A model generated the notes under the pieces. That model was not told the DNA's origin and searched no databases. It saw only the letters and a list, made by a program, of their open reading frames with translations. From Macrostomum hystrix (lineage: Eukaryota; Animalia; Platyhelminthes): a DNA stretch of 64,000 nucleotides. This document shows, piece after piece, positions 12,840 to 24,283 of the stretch. Position numbers and translations under genes: made by a program. The stretch lies in NCBI GenBank assembly GCA_950097015.1, contig CATNEN010000003.1, positions 3,038,001 to 3,102,000 on the forward strand, read 5' to 3'. The stretch's first letter is position 1; the number at the start of each line of letters is the position of its first letter.

Positions 12840-15800
12840 ATGTCAAATGAAGATAACAATGCCTGCCTAGTGTGCAGAGAAGAATGCCTCTACTATGGCA
12901 TTGGCGAGTGCAACCACACAGTTTGCGCCAAGTGTGCCATCAGACTGAAAGTCATCTGCAAGGTTTCCGACTGTCCAATCTGCCGGCATAAGTCCTCTCG
13001 AGTATGCATTGAAATTTTCCTTTATTTTTAACACTTCTACCATGTAACTAACAGTTACTTGATCTTTTTTCACTTGGCAGGTATTGATCACCAAGTCTCA
13101 CAACAGGTTCAACAATTTCCACATGGATCAGTTTCTATCCCTACCTGATGAGGATCTGCTATTTGAGAACCAGGAAGTATTGGAGTACTATACTAAGCTA
13201 AATAGTTACACGTGTTCAGAGTGTTCCATGGAGTGCAATTCAATGAGTGCTCTCAAACGGCACGTTAACAATGATCACAAAAAGAATTTCTGCCGAATCT
13301 GTATTGAACATCTCAAGGTTTGTTCATACTTTTTTACTTATTTTTATATGACGAAGCATCCACTGCTAAGGGTTTAGTCATAGTTACTCCCGCCTTTTAC
13401 TTTGTACTATTGACTTTGATTAGATGACGCGGTATCTGGCTATATTGGTGTTAGCCATACGAGCGTAGTCGCACTCGCCGTTTACCTAATTCTAAACTGG
13501 TTTCTAATTTTTAAACAACTTAGCTGTTTCCACGCGAGCATGAATTATTCGACACCCTTGGCCTGTCTGAGCACAAGCGCTGGTCGCCGGATAAGCCCAA
13601 TCACGGCCATCCGAAGTGTCAAATCTGCGACGAGTGGTTCTACGATGCCGAAATGTGGTACAATCATCTGCGCAGGCAGCACTTTATGTGTCACATTTGC
13701 GAGAATCTGCCAACGCTAGAACGATTTCACCAGCAAAGGACAGTCTATGGCAATTATGAGCAACTCAACAAGCATTTCATTGCCTGTCACTTTGTGTGCC
13801 ACGAAGGTGAGTCTGATAAGAATAAAAATTAATTTATATTTTATGGATCATGTACAGTGATACCACTTGGGATGCTTAAAACTACTCAATTCGAAATATT
13901 GTTTAGATTCTAATACTGTGGGACTACACAGATTATGATAACTGTAAGACTACTCACATTGTGATAACTGTGAGACTACTCACATTGTGATAACTGTGAG
14001 ACTACTCAGATTGTGATGCCTGTAAGACTACTCAGATTTTGATGCCTGTAAGACTACTCAGATTGTGATACCTGTAAGACTACTCAGATTGTGATACCTG
14101 TAAGTCTACTCAGATTGTGATGCCTGTAAGACTACTCAGATTGTGATACCTGTAAGACTACTCAGATTGTGATGCCTGTAAGACTACTCAAATTGTGATA
14201 CCTGTATAAGACTACTCAGATTGTGATGCCTGTAAGACTACTCAGATTGTGATACCTGTATAAGACTACTCAGATTGTGATGCCTGTAAGACTACTCAGA
14301 TTGTGACAACTGTAAGACTACTCGGATTGTGATACCTGTAAGTCTACTCAGATTATGATACCTGTAAGACTACTCAGATTGTGATACCTGTAAGACTACT
14401 CAGATTGTGATACCTGTAAGACTACTCAGATTGTGATACCTGTAAGTCTACTCAGATTGTGATAACTGTAAGACTACTCAGATTGTGATACCTGTAAGAC
14501 TACTCAGATTGTGATGCCTGTAAGACTACTCAAATTGTGATACCTGTATAAGACTACTCAGATTGTGACAACTGTAAGACTACTCAGATTGTGACAACTG
14601 TAAGACTACTCAGATTGTGACAACTGTAAGTCTACTCAGATTGTGATACCTGTAAGTCTACTCAGATTGTGATACCTGTAAGACTACTCAGATTGTGATA
14701 CCTGTAAGTCTACTCAGATTGTGATAACTGTAAGACTACTCAGATTGTGATACCTGTAAGACTACTCAGATTGTGATGCCTGTAAGACTACTCAAATTGT
14801 GATACCTGTAAGACTACTCAGATTGTGACAACTGTAAGACTACTCAGATTGTGACAACTGTAAGACTACTCAGATTGTGATACCTGTAAGACTACTCAGA
14901 TTGTGACAACTGTAAGACTACTCAGATTGTGATAACTGTAAGACTACTCAGATTGTGACAACTGTAAGACTACTCAGATTGTGATACCTGTAAGACTACT
15001 CAGATTGTGACAACTGTAAGACTACTCAGATTGTGATACCTGTAAGACTACTCAGATTGTGACAACTGTAAGACTACTCAGATTGTGATAACTGTAATAC
15101 TAATCAGATTGTGATACCTGTAAGACTACTCAGATTGTGATAACTGTAATACTAATCAGATTGTGATAACTGTAAGACTACTCAGATTAGGAAGCCGTAG
15201 GACTACTCAAGATTATTAATCTACTGCCGCTCCAACCATGTAGTAGTAATCTCTTGCCTTGCCTCACAGGTTCCTGCCAGTCGGACCAGTTCACGAATGT
15301 ATTCGCCACCGAGAATGACCTTCGAGCTCACAGAATCAGTCACCACAGCGGCGCTATGGACAAGGCCCTTCTAAGAGAGACCCGCAGGCTCAACATTGAC
15401 ATCAGGTATCAGCGTGGTTCCGCCGGAGCTACAGGTGGCACCGGTGGTCCTAATAACACCAGCGGCGTCGGTGGCGGTTCCAGCACCGGCGCAGCTGGGA
15501 GTGGCGTGCCTCATTTCCCAACCGCCAGAGAGGCACTCGATCAGCTGGTAGCCCTGGCTCCCGGTGTTCGAGAATTCGCCGCCAACGCTCTGGCCGCCTC
15601 CGCCGCCGAAGCTGCCGCCCGCGGCGCCAACGGCTACGCGGAAAATCCGGCCGAATTTCCCACCCTAACTGGGGAAACTCGACCCAGCTTTGCCGGTCGA
15701 CAGGGGAATAAAACTGACGCTGAGGATTTCCCCAGTCTGCCGACAGCCGGCGCCGCCGCATCCACCGCCGCCCCGTCGGCTGCCGGCGTTCCTCCGCCAG

Positions 15801-17937
15801 TCTACAGCGGACCCCGCCGAGTTCCCGCTCCGGCTGCCTACACCAGCCTAGTAGCTGCCAAATCTTCCGCATCGCGTGATCAGAAAGAGGAAGATTATCC
15901 CAGTTTGGGTAAAGCTCAGGCAGCATCTGCTGGAACAGCGGCGAATTCAGTTTGGGGCTCGGCGGCCGTCTCGGCACCTCACAGCGGATCGGAAAAGATC
16001 AAGAAATCCGGCCACGCCGCGGCCGCAACGCCATTGTCTGGTGCGGCAGATTTTCCTTCTCTACCGAAGCCTCAGGGTCCGCCGCCTACGGCTAGCACTG
16101 TAGTTGTAGCCAAGCCAGTTGCTAAGCCTAGGACCTATGTGGCCAATGCCACCAAGCAGAAACACACTGTTGATCATCCAAAACAGCCGAGTGAGCCCCC
16201 GCTCCCGCCAGACCCTGTGGAATTTCGACCGCCCGGTCTGCGCTATCAACTGGTGAGGAATCCATCTGAATCCATCCAGATCCTCATTTAAGATCCCCAA
16301 TTATCCCAGATCCTCATTTCAGATCCCCAATCATCCCAGATCCTCATTTCAGATCCCCAATTATCCTAGATCCTCATTTCAGATCCCCAATCATCCCAGA
16401 TCCTCATTTCAGATCCAAAATCATCAAGGCAATTCTGCCCATTTCGCTGACTCCTGAGCACATACGCACACACACTGTACGCATGCACACACACAAGTGT
16501 GTACATCTGCCCTGACTTTCTCATCGTTAGACAGTGTACACTCTCACTGTGCCTCGGAGGTTGGCCCTCAAGGGTGTCAATTGCTCGACAAGCCCCCAAG
16601 CCTTCTCTCCGCGGCTGCATCCAAATTTAATGTAACCTCACCGCGGAATCGAACTCGGGACCTCGGCGTGAAGGGCAAACGCGTTAACCGCTCTGCCACC
16701 CCTCAGATCCCAAAAGTATTCCACCATCTTTTTAGATCCATGAATTAATTCCCAAAATTTTCAGATCCCAGAAAAAATCCATTTTGATGTAGCATCGCAA
16801 TTAAAAATTTATTAACTGCCACCTTAGGCTGGCGGTGCTTCCATCTCGCTGCAGCCAGACGAGCCCACAGTCTACAAGCCCTTCAACTCCATCAGCTGCG
16901 TGCCGGCTGCTCCGCCGCCGCCGCAGCCGCAGCCTTCAACTGGTTCAATTGGCCAGCAAAATAAATCAAAGCAATCAAATTTCATTTTGGCTGAAGATTT
17001 TCCGGGCCTACCGCAAAGACCAGCTCAAAGTAGCAGCAGCAGCAGCAGCAGCAAGGATAAGATCAAGGATAAAAGTACAAAGAACCGATTCGCCGCACTC
17101 ACCGATCAGGACTCGGTCCCCGTCGACATCGAAGACGGAGAAGATTGGACGGCTTGGCCTGCTGGTAGTTCAGAGGGCAGTCAGCGACCAGCTGCTTCTG
17201 TGGCATCGGCGGCTGCTGCTGCTGCTTTTGCTGGCCGTGTAGAAGATTTTCCTAGCCTTGGTCCGGGCAGCAATTCAAAACCCACGACCGCAGCGCCCAC
17301 CTGGCACAAGGACGGCCGGTCTAATCTACAGCAGCAGCAGCAACAGCAGCAGCAGCCAATTTTCTCCTCTTCCGATTTCCCCCCAGCCACGCCGCTCGGA
17401 TTGAAAACGGTTGAAATCCATTCTAGCCAGGCTCTGTCTAAGAAGCAGAAAAAGAAGCAGAAACAGAAGCAGAAGTCACCAGCAGAGGATGACCAGCAGC
17501 TTCAATTGACATCGTCTCAGCAGCTGCAGCCGCCTAGGAACGCCTCCTGGAACGATCTGCTCGTGCGTGAGCAGTTCTCATACTCGCCGCCAGCAGACCT
17601 AGCCCAGCGTCAGTCTAGACTCCTTGAAGGCATTCGCAATCGCCTCGTTGCTGATGAAGAATTCGCTCAATTTGCCAGGGCCTCAGCTGACTACCTGCGC
17701 GGCGATCTGGCGGCGGCGGATTTTCTTGCCGCCATCGTTGGCTTAGTTGGCCCGGCTGCCTGGAAGGTTCTGGCACCGGATCTCATCTGTACTCTGCCCA
17801 GCATTGCCAAGCAGAGGGATTTGCGTCAGCGATTGCCTGATAATGTGCGCTGCCTGTTCGCTGTGTGCGACAACTGTGCCCAGACTGTCTTGCCCGCTGA
17901 CTTGGCCGAACATCGCTGCCTGCAGATTGAGGAGTAG
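12840..17937 (+). CDS. ZNF598: E3 ubiquitin ligase ZNF598/Hel2 (RING plus C2H2 fingers), 924 aa; exons 12840-13001, 13081-13317, 13524-13806, 15270-16252, 16828-17937
   Basis: N-terminal RING CLVC..IGECNHTVCAKCAIRLKVIC...CPICR; C2H2 fingers incl. GHPKCQICDEWFYD..YNHLRRQHFMCHIC and VFATENDLRAH...H; repeated EDFPSL motifs; C-terminal LICTLPSIAKQRDL..CDNCAQ...DLAEH. All introns are GT-AG and the spliced length (2775 nt) is in frame. Confidence 0.92.
13915..15210. repeat. 26-bp minisatellite (GTAAGACTACTCAGATTGTGATACCT)n in ZNF598 intron 3
   Basis: About 50 visible tandem units. Confidence 0.97.
16275..16427. repeat. 30-bp minisatellite (CAGATCCCCAATCATCCCAGATCCTCATTT)n, copy 1
   Basis: Tandem units; same unit as 19280-19880. 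Confidence 0.9.
16428..16702 (-). mobile_element. tRNA-derived SINE, family B, copy A (~275 bp)
   Basis: Minus-strand head GGTGGCAGAGCGGTTAACGCG...GAGTTCGATTCCGCGG (A and B boxes); homologous copies at 19881-20158 and 42150-42310. Confidence 0.85.
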
Positions 17938-18035
17938 CTATTTACATGCTCCGTGTACTTTTAATTCGTTTTGATATGTACTTTTGCGTGTGACTTGACA
18001 AGGTGAATTGGAATACATATTAACAGTACAAAGAC

Positions 18036-18866
18036 TACTGGGGGGATTTCAAATACCCAACGCCAACTTCACGGCCAAACCAAATGACCGATTTTCGTGA
18101 AAGTCTACCATACGAGGGTCTTTCAAAAGTTCGTAGAAAATGATAGAAAGCAAGCAGATATTAAAAGGCGGGTTGTGTCATAATCGCCACCGATTTCGAT
18201 GCACTTTCGCCTGCGCTGCAGCCAGCTATCAAAGCAACACCTAAAATCTGCTTTTTCAATGGAAGGCAATAGAAGTCACGTTTTCCTCCATCCTCTCGAT
18301 GGTCAGTCTTGCATCCTCGTTCAGAGCAGACTGCACAGCAGCTACATTCAAGGAGTCCGTTGATGTTCTTGGACGACCTTCTCTTGGCTCGTCAACCAAA
18401 TCGAAATGGCCGGCTCTGAAGCGGCCAAACCACTTGTGCACAGTGCTAAAGGATGGAGCTTCATCAGCAGTACGGTCTTCATCTCAGCAGCAGCTTCACT
18501 GGAGCTAGAGCCTCGGCGAAAGAGAAATAGCATTATGGCTCTTGACTGCTCCTTGGAGAATGCAGGAAATGCAGCGCGGGTTCAGAGTTTGATCGCAGAT
18601 TTCTCGTGGCCATTTCAGTCAATTTTGCTGAAAATTTAGATGTAGGCTGTAGATATGAAATTAAACTTGTGGAAGTTTTCAAGGGCATAGTTTTTAGGGG
18701 AGATGGCTTTTCTACGAACCACGCCGACAAGAATCATTGAATGTCTCGATGGTGCCGATGTTTTGTTGTTCTGGAAGTTTATTTTGATCGGAAAGAGCGG
18801 AAGATTTTAGGCCGTGTTCATGGCGAGATGCAGAATGGTGTGGGTATTTGAAATATCCCACTGGTA
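18036..18866. mobile_element. Non-autonomous TIR element hosting a mariner remnant
   Basis: Imperfect TIRs TACTGGGGGGATTTCAAATACCCAACGCCA / TGGTGTGGGTATTTGAAATATCCCACTGGTA. Confidence 0.65.
18111..18719 (-). pseudogene. Internally deleted mariner transposon (HTH region joined to extreme C-terminus)
   Basis: Frameshifted mariner HTH (..APSFSTVHKWFGRFRAGHFDLVDEPREGRPRT..NEDARLTI) followed directly by C-terminal FDSWLQRRRKCIEIGGDY. TIR TACGAGGGTCTTTCAAAAGTTCGTAGAAA at 18111, partial partner TTTCTACGAAC at ~18709. DDD domain absent. Confidence 0.85.
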
Positions 18867-19279
18867 TTTCTACTATTCACTAACAGAGGATTATTGCGAC
18901 TGCTAATTACGATATATATTTTAATTCGAGTTCTTTTCTATTTTAAATGATTCACTCATCAATTATTTAGAATCTTTGTGTTTTTAGGAATATTTTGTGA
19001 TTCTCTAGCTATCGTCTGCCTAAGCCAATGTTTATTTATTTTGTTTGCAGTTTTTATGTTGCTTTTGTTTTGTTTCGTCGAAGAAAATGACATTTGCTCG
19101 ACGTTAGTGCCACTTGAAAGCTGGGGTTTGCGCTTGTGTAAAACATTTTCGCGATAATACATAAAGTTTAACTTTTAATTGAATTCATTAATAATTGGCA
19201 AGTCTGTCTTGAAACTTTTGGGTGTGTCCGAGACATTTTTCTTTGTTATTTAGTATTCCCATAAATCCTCACTTATCAA

Positions 19280-19880
19280 AGATCCTCATTTCAGATCCCC
19301 AATCATCCCAGATCCTCATTTCGGATCCCAAACCTTCCCGGATCCTCATTTCTGATCCCCAATCATCCCAGATCCTCATTCCAGATCCCAAACCATCCCA
19401 GATCCTCATTTCGGATCCCAAACCATCCCAGATCCTCATTTCTGATCCCCAATTATCCCAGATCCTTATTTCGGATCCAAAATCATCCCAGATCCTCATT
19501 TCAGATCCAAAATCATCCAAGCTCCTCATTTCTGATCCCTAATCATCCCAGATCCTCATTTCTGATCCCAGACCATCCCAGATCCTCATTTCAGATCCAA
19601 AATCATCCAAGCTCCTCATTTCTGGTCCCTAATCATCCCAGATCCTCATTTCTGATCCCAGACCATCCCAGATCCTCATTTCTGATCCCCAATTATCCCA
19701 GATCCTTATTTCGGATCCAAAATCATCCCAGATCCTCATTTCAGATCCAAAATCATCCAAGATCCTCATTTCTGATCCCTAATCATCCCAGATCCTCATT
19801 TCTGATCCCCAATTATCCCATATCCTTATTTCGGATCCCTAATCATTCCAGATCCTCATTTCAGATCCAAAATCATCCAA
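19280..19880. repeat. 30-bp minisatellite, copy 2 (~20 units)
   Basis: Tandem units GATCCTCATTTCAGATCCCCAATCATCCCA; explains the spurious repeat ORFs 19222-19542 and 19269-19529. Confidence 0.95.
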
Positions 19881-20158
19881 GGCAATTCTGCCCATTACGC
19901 TGACTCCTGAGCACACACGCACACAGATACCGTACACAGGCACACGCTCACACAGGTGTGTACATCTGCTCTGACTCTCATCGTCAGGCAGTGTACACTC
20001 TCACTGTACCTTGGAGGTTGGCCCTCAAGGGCGTAAATTGCACGAGAAGCCCAAAAGCCTTCTCTCTGCGGCTGCGCCCTAAATAAATGTGGCCTCGCCG
20101 CGGAATCGAACTTAGGGACCTGGGCGCTGAGGTCCCTACTGACGCTGTGCTACACCTT
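19881..20158 (-). mobile_element. tRNA-derived SINE, family B, copy B
   Basis: Aligns by eye along the body to 16428-16702; B-box AGTTCGATTCCGCGG retained, A-box region diverged. Confidence 0.85.
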
Positions 20159-20909
20159 CATCAGTAGTATCATAGAATCTCAGTGCATATTTTAAGATCA
20201 GCCTTTTAAACTAGTAGATGTCCATGCAGACATCTCAGTATATAAAAACTTTTTCACTAAATTCAAGTATCTTTCGTATTGGAGAATAATTTTACAATCT
20301 CATTTATCAGATGTAATTAATTATTTATATTACGCGAAATGACACTGACAGGATAGATCTGTCGTTGATTTTCTTGTATAAAAATAATATTTTGGCCCCG
20401 AATAGTGAACATTGTCCAGGCTAGAGCGTACATGATGGAAGCGGAGACCTTTGTTGGTCGTCTTTCCCTCTCTGTCTCTCCCTTCAAGCCATTTCTGTGC
20501 TCGCAGTTTGAGCAAACAAATTCTCTTACTGACTGCTCTCGGCTGCTTGCTTGTTTTACTACTTTTTTTCTTTCTTTCTACTCATTCGCCTTGCTCATTT
20601 CTTTGGCTGTGAAATTCTCTCTTCTCTTACTTTTGATATACCTCACCCTCCCCTTAACAACAGGCCTTGGTGACATAGTGACAGGCCATATTGCTGCCCC
20701 GCAGCGTGTGTGAGTGAGATTGAGAGTAAAATGCTTGGATAGTAGATATACTCAAGTTACTTAGCTGCTCAAACTTTGTGCGCTGAGAAGTCTCAGGTGA
20801 ATTCGAGTTGAATTCGAAACAAATTATCCTTACTAATGTAAAGTCAACTAGTTCTCTATAAAATCATTGAAGCTTTCTAAGAAGCAAGCAGGTATTTTGA
20901 CTCTGTACA

Positions 20910-23041
20910 ATGTCCCTAGCTGGAATTGAGGACCAGATTGAACTGGCTAGCGAGTCCTTCAGTTCAATTGTGCCTGAAGGCGGTGAGGGCACTCCGCCGT
21001 ATGGTCAGTACCCCACTGAGACACGATTTCGGAGGCCAGATTATAAGTTTTATAAGACTCTGGGTAAGTCTGGGTAACTGTTTCTACCTTGTGCTAGCTA
21101 GATTTCTGTGACTGATCCTTCAGGGCCTCTGACTGATCCTTCAGGGCCTCCGACTGATCCTTCAGGGCCTCTGGGACTGATCCTTCAGGGCCTCCGACTG
21201 ATCCTTCAGGGCCTCTGGGACTGATCCTTCAGGACCTCTGGGACTGATCCTTCAGGACCTCTGGGACTGATCCTTCAGGACCTCTGGGACTGATCCTTCA
21301 AGGCCTCTGTGACTGATCCTTCAGGGCCTCTGGGACTGATCCTTCAGGGCCTCTGGGACTGATCCTTCAGGGCCTCTGGGTCTGATCCTTCAGGGCCTCT
21401 GGGACTGATCCTTCAGGGCCTCAAGACCCAGAATCCTTCAGGGTCTCCGTCGGTATCCCATTCAGGAAAAACTTATACAGAAAAATAGGTTCCTTGCGAC
21501 AAACACCATCGACTTTGCAGACGATTCGAAGGAATTTCAACAGCGAGTGCAGCCTTTGCCGCCGCCACCACCGCCGCCACAGCAGCAGCAGCAGCAGCAG
21601 CATGAATCAGATACTCGACAGACCCAGCAGCATCGGTCATCGAACAGACGTCCTGCTACGGCATACGCCCGTTGGCCTCCCCGACATCAGCATCTGCAGC
21701 AGCAGCAGCCGCGCGAACCAGAGCCCGGCTGGCGACCAATCTACCCGGAGCCAGACCTGACCACTCCTCGACCTTCGCGTCCGGTGACAGCGCCGTCCAC
21801 CAGATCATCCGCCGTCGCCGCCGCGGTTAGTGACAACGTCGAAAAGCTCGACGTCGCTAAAGCGGCTGTTGACAAGAAACTTTCGGCGGACGCTTCGCCG
21901 AACGTTACGTCGACGGCGTCGAAAATTCGTCCGGTGCAGCTTGCTGTGGTCGACTTTTTGGAAGCTCGGCGACAGCCTTCGCCGCCAGCACAGCAGCCGC
22001 CGCCGCCGCAGACAGCATCTTCAGCTGCCCGATTCTACAGGCCGAAAACTGCGCCTAGTCGGGTCGCCACTGCATCGTCGGGCATCGGGCTGCAGATTCA
22101 AGGTCATCGACTACTGCCTTCTGGCAGGGAGAGAGCAACCTCCGCCAAGCTGAACGCCTCATCCATTGGCGGAGTCAGGGACCTGTCCGAGGCCTACGAC
22201 AGGGCGCTGGCTGTACATGGCTGGCGAATGGAGGTGCCCGGAGATCCGTTCGGAATTAAGTGAGTCACGTTTCTGCGCCACTCTTTCACCGGTTGAGGAT
22301 CTGTCACTCTCGGTGTTTAGCTGTCACTCTCCATTCTTATCTGCCACTCTCTAGTCTTATCTGTCACTCTCCATTCTTATCTGTCACTCTCCATTCTTAT
22401 CTGTCACTCTCTATTCTTATCTGCCACTCTCTATTCTTATCTGTCACTCTCCATTCTTATCTGTCACTCTCCATTCTTATCTGCCACTCTCTATTCTTAT
22501 CTGTCACTCTCTATTCTTATCTGTCACTCTTCATTCTTATCTGTCACTCTCTATTCTTATCTGTCACTCTCCATTCTTATCTGTCACTCTCAATTCTTAT
22601 CTGTCACTCTCCATTCTTATCTGTCACTCCCCATTCTTATCTGTCACTCTCCATTCTTATCTGTCACTCCCCATGTTTATCTGTCACTCTAATCACTCCC
22701 CATTCTCATCTGTTAGTCTGTCATCTTGCTCAATTCTGAGCCAGGTCCTCTCCTAGTAACACTGGCCCAAACGGATCGTCGCCACACCTTGCAGGCAGCA
22801 CCTGATCCCGGACCGCAAGCCGGTGAGCGTGACGGTGCCAGAGCCGACCGTGAAGCCGCTGCCACCGAGGATTCGCCGAACAAATCGTTTTACATTCTTT
22901 CACACAACGGCGCCTCGGGTGGTGATGAGTTTCGACATTCATCCGAACTTCACCTCAGAGCAGTTCAGCAAAGCCAGGTCGGCCCTAATCAAGCAGGGCA
23001 AGTGGGATTATCGATATCGTGATTTTTCCTTTATGTACTAA
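20910..23041 (+). CDS. Uncharacterised 379-aa protein, Pro/Gln/Ser-rich with a compact C-terminal block; exons 20910-21063, 21521-22259, 22795-23041
   Basis: ATG at 20910, GTAAGT and GTGAGT donors, TTGCAG acceptors, frame preserved (1140 nt), GC-rich codon usage like the neighbouring genes. C-terminus GWRMEVPGDPFGIK...FFHTTAPRVVMSFDIHPNFTSE...KWDYRYR. No family recognised. Confidence 0.7.
21106..21445. repeat. ~23-bp minisatellite (GACTGATCCTTCAGGGCCTCTGG)n, intronic
   Basis: Visible tandem units. Confidence 0.93.
22292..22700 (+). repeat. 20-bp minisatellite (ATCTGTCACTCTCCATTCTT)n, intronic member of the ATCTGTCACTCT family
   Basis: Tandem units; starts with GTTGAGGATCTGTCACTCTCGGTGTTTA, like the 24284 array. 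Confidence 0.93.
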
Positions 23042-24283
23042 TCTGAAGATTGTGGTCAAATCGACAGAAGATTTTTCAACAACAAAAGCCTGTTAATACT
23101 ACTTTAGGTAGTTTTATTGTTTGGAATTCATTTTTATAAACAGAATATAGCTGTGTTATGATAACTGCTGTTATATTATATTCAAACTGACTAATTTCAA
23201 ATATATATTCCTGTTTGTTTGTTTGAATCATTGAAGTGCGTGCACTTTGTACTATTGAGATTTATATTTTTCGCTATATTATTTATTTATTTTACTGAAA
23301 TTGCTGTTTCTCCTTAACTCTAATATATTTAGCATAGGGATCTGTAATAATAAAATAAAATATATATATTATAAAAAATTAAATGTGCTTTGTTTTGAAA
23401 TATAACCCGGCAACGTTTAAAATAAACTGACGTTTACCGACGTAAACCCGGAAACTTTTCGTTGTTGAATTTCTACAAAAGCCATAAAAACTGCTTGAAG
23501 TGTACAGTGCTTAGAGCCTCCGATTTTTTACCGAGACGTTGAAAGTTCAAATCTCAGTCCAAAGGTAAAAGTCAACAATTACTCACGACTTGAAGGTCCG
23601 GGGTTCGATTCTAGGCTCAATGAAACAGTTTCTGTGTTTATTTTAGCAATACACTTAACTCAGTCTTTTAGCACGCGTTAACATATCATGGCGACTGCAC
23701 TAACTAAAAATCTGTGCATGACATGCTGAATTAAAAATCCCTAATTAGACTAATTGGCTATAAAGTACTCATTAAATGCCTCACAGCAACCAACTGTGTT
23801 CTCAGTCGCCTCTTTTGTTCCTATAATTGGATTGATTGCAGTCAAATGCAATTAACTATTTTTACTGAGGTCTTTTTATTGTTAATTGACAATACATCAT
23901 AGTATTGACAATTCAATATCTAAGTGATACTCTTGCGTGACTATGAAATATCGATTTCTTCATGAGATCTGATGTTAATAGAGAACACAAGAGACTGCTT
24001 AGAAATTAGAGAGATCGAGGCACAGAAAAAGGTATCGATCGATAAACGTATTGCAGCAGTTGGTGAGCGATGAATTGAGCCACTTTCACACCTATAGGAT
24101 CATCCGATGTGGCGCTTTTTAGAGTAAAGCAGGAAGTTCTTCACCACGTGGCTTGACTCTTTAGAAACTTCTAAACAGTTCTACACTGTCAGACCTGCAA
24201 AAGATTCTCTTCCAAGAATGTTAAAACCTGCCTACAATGTTTTATTGATCCATAAGCTTCGTTTTTACTTACTCTTCGATTAG

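Noticed and set aside
13915-15210. CRISPR-like periodicity (also the 23- and 30-bp arrays)
   Set aside because: Head-to-tail repeats without unique spacers, in eukaryotic introns or intergenic DNA, with no cas genes.
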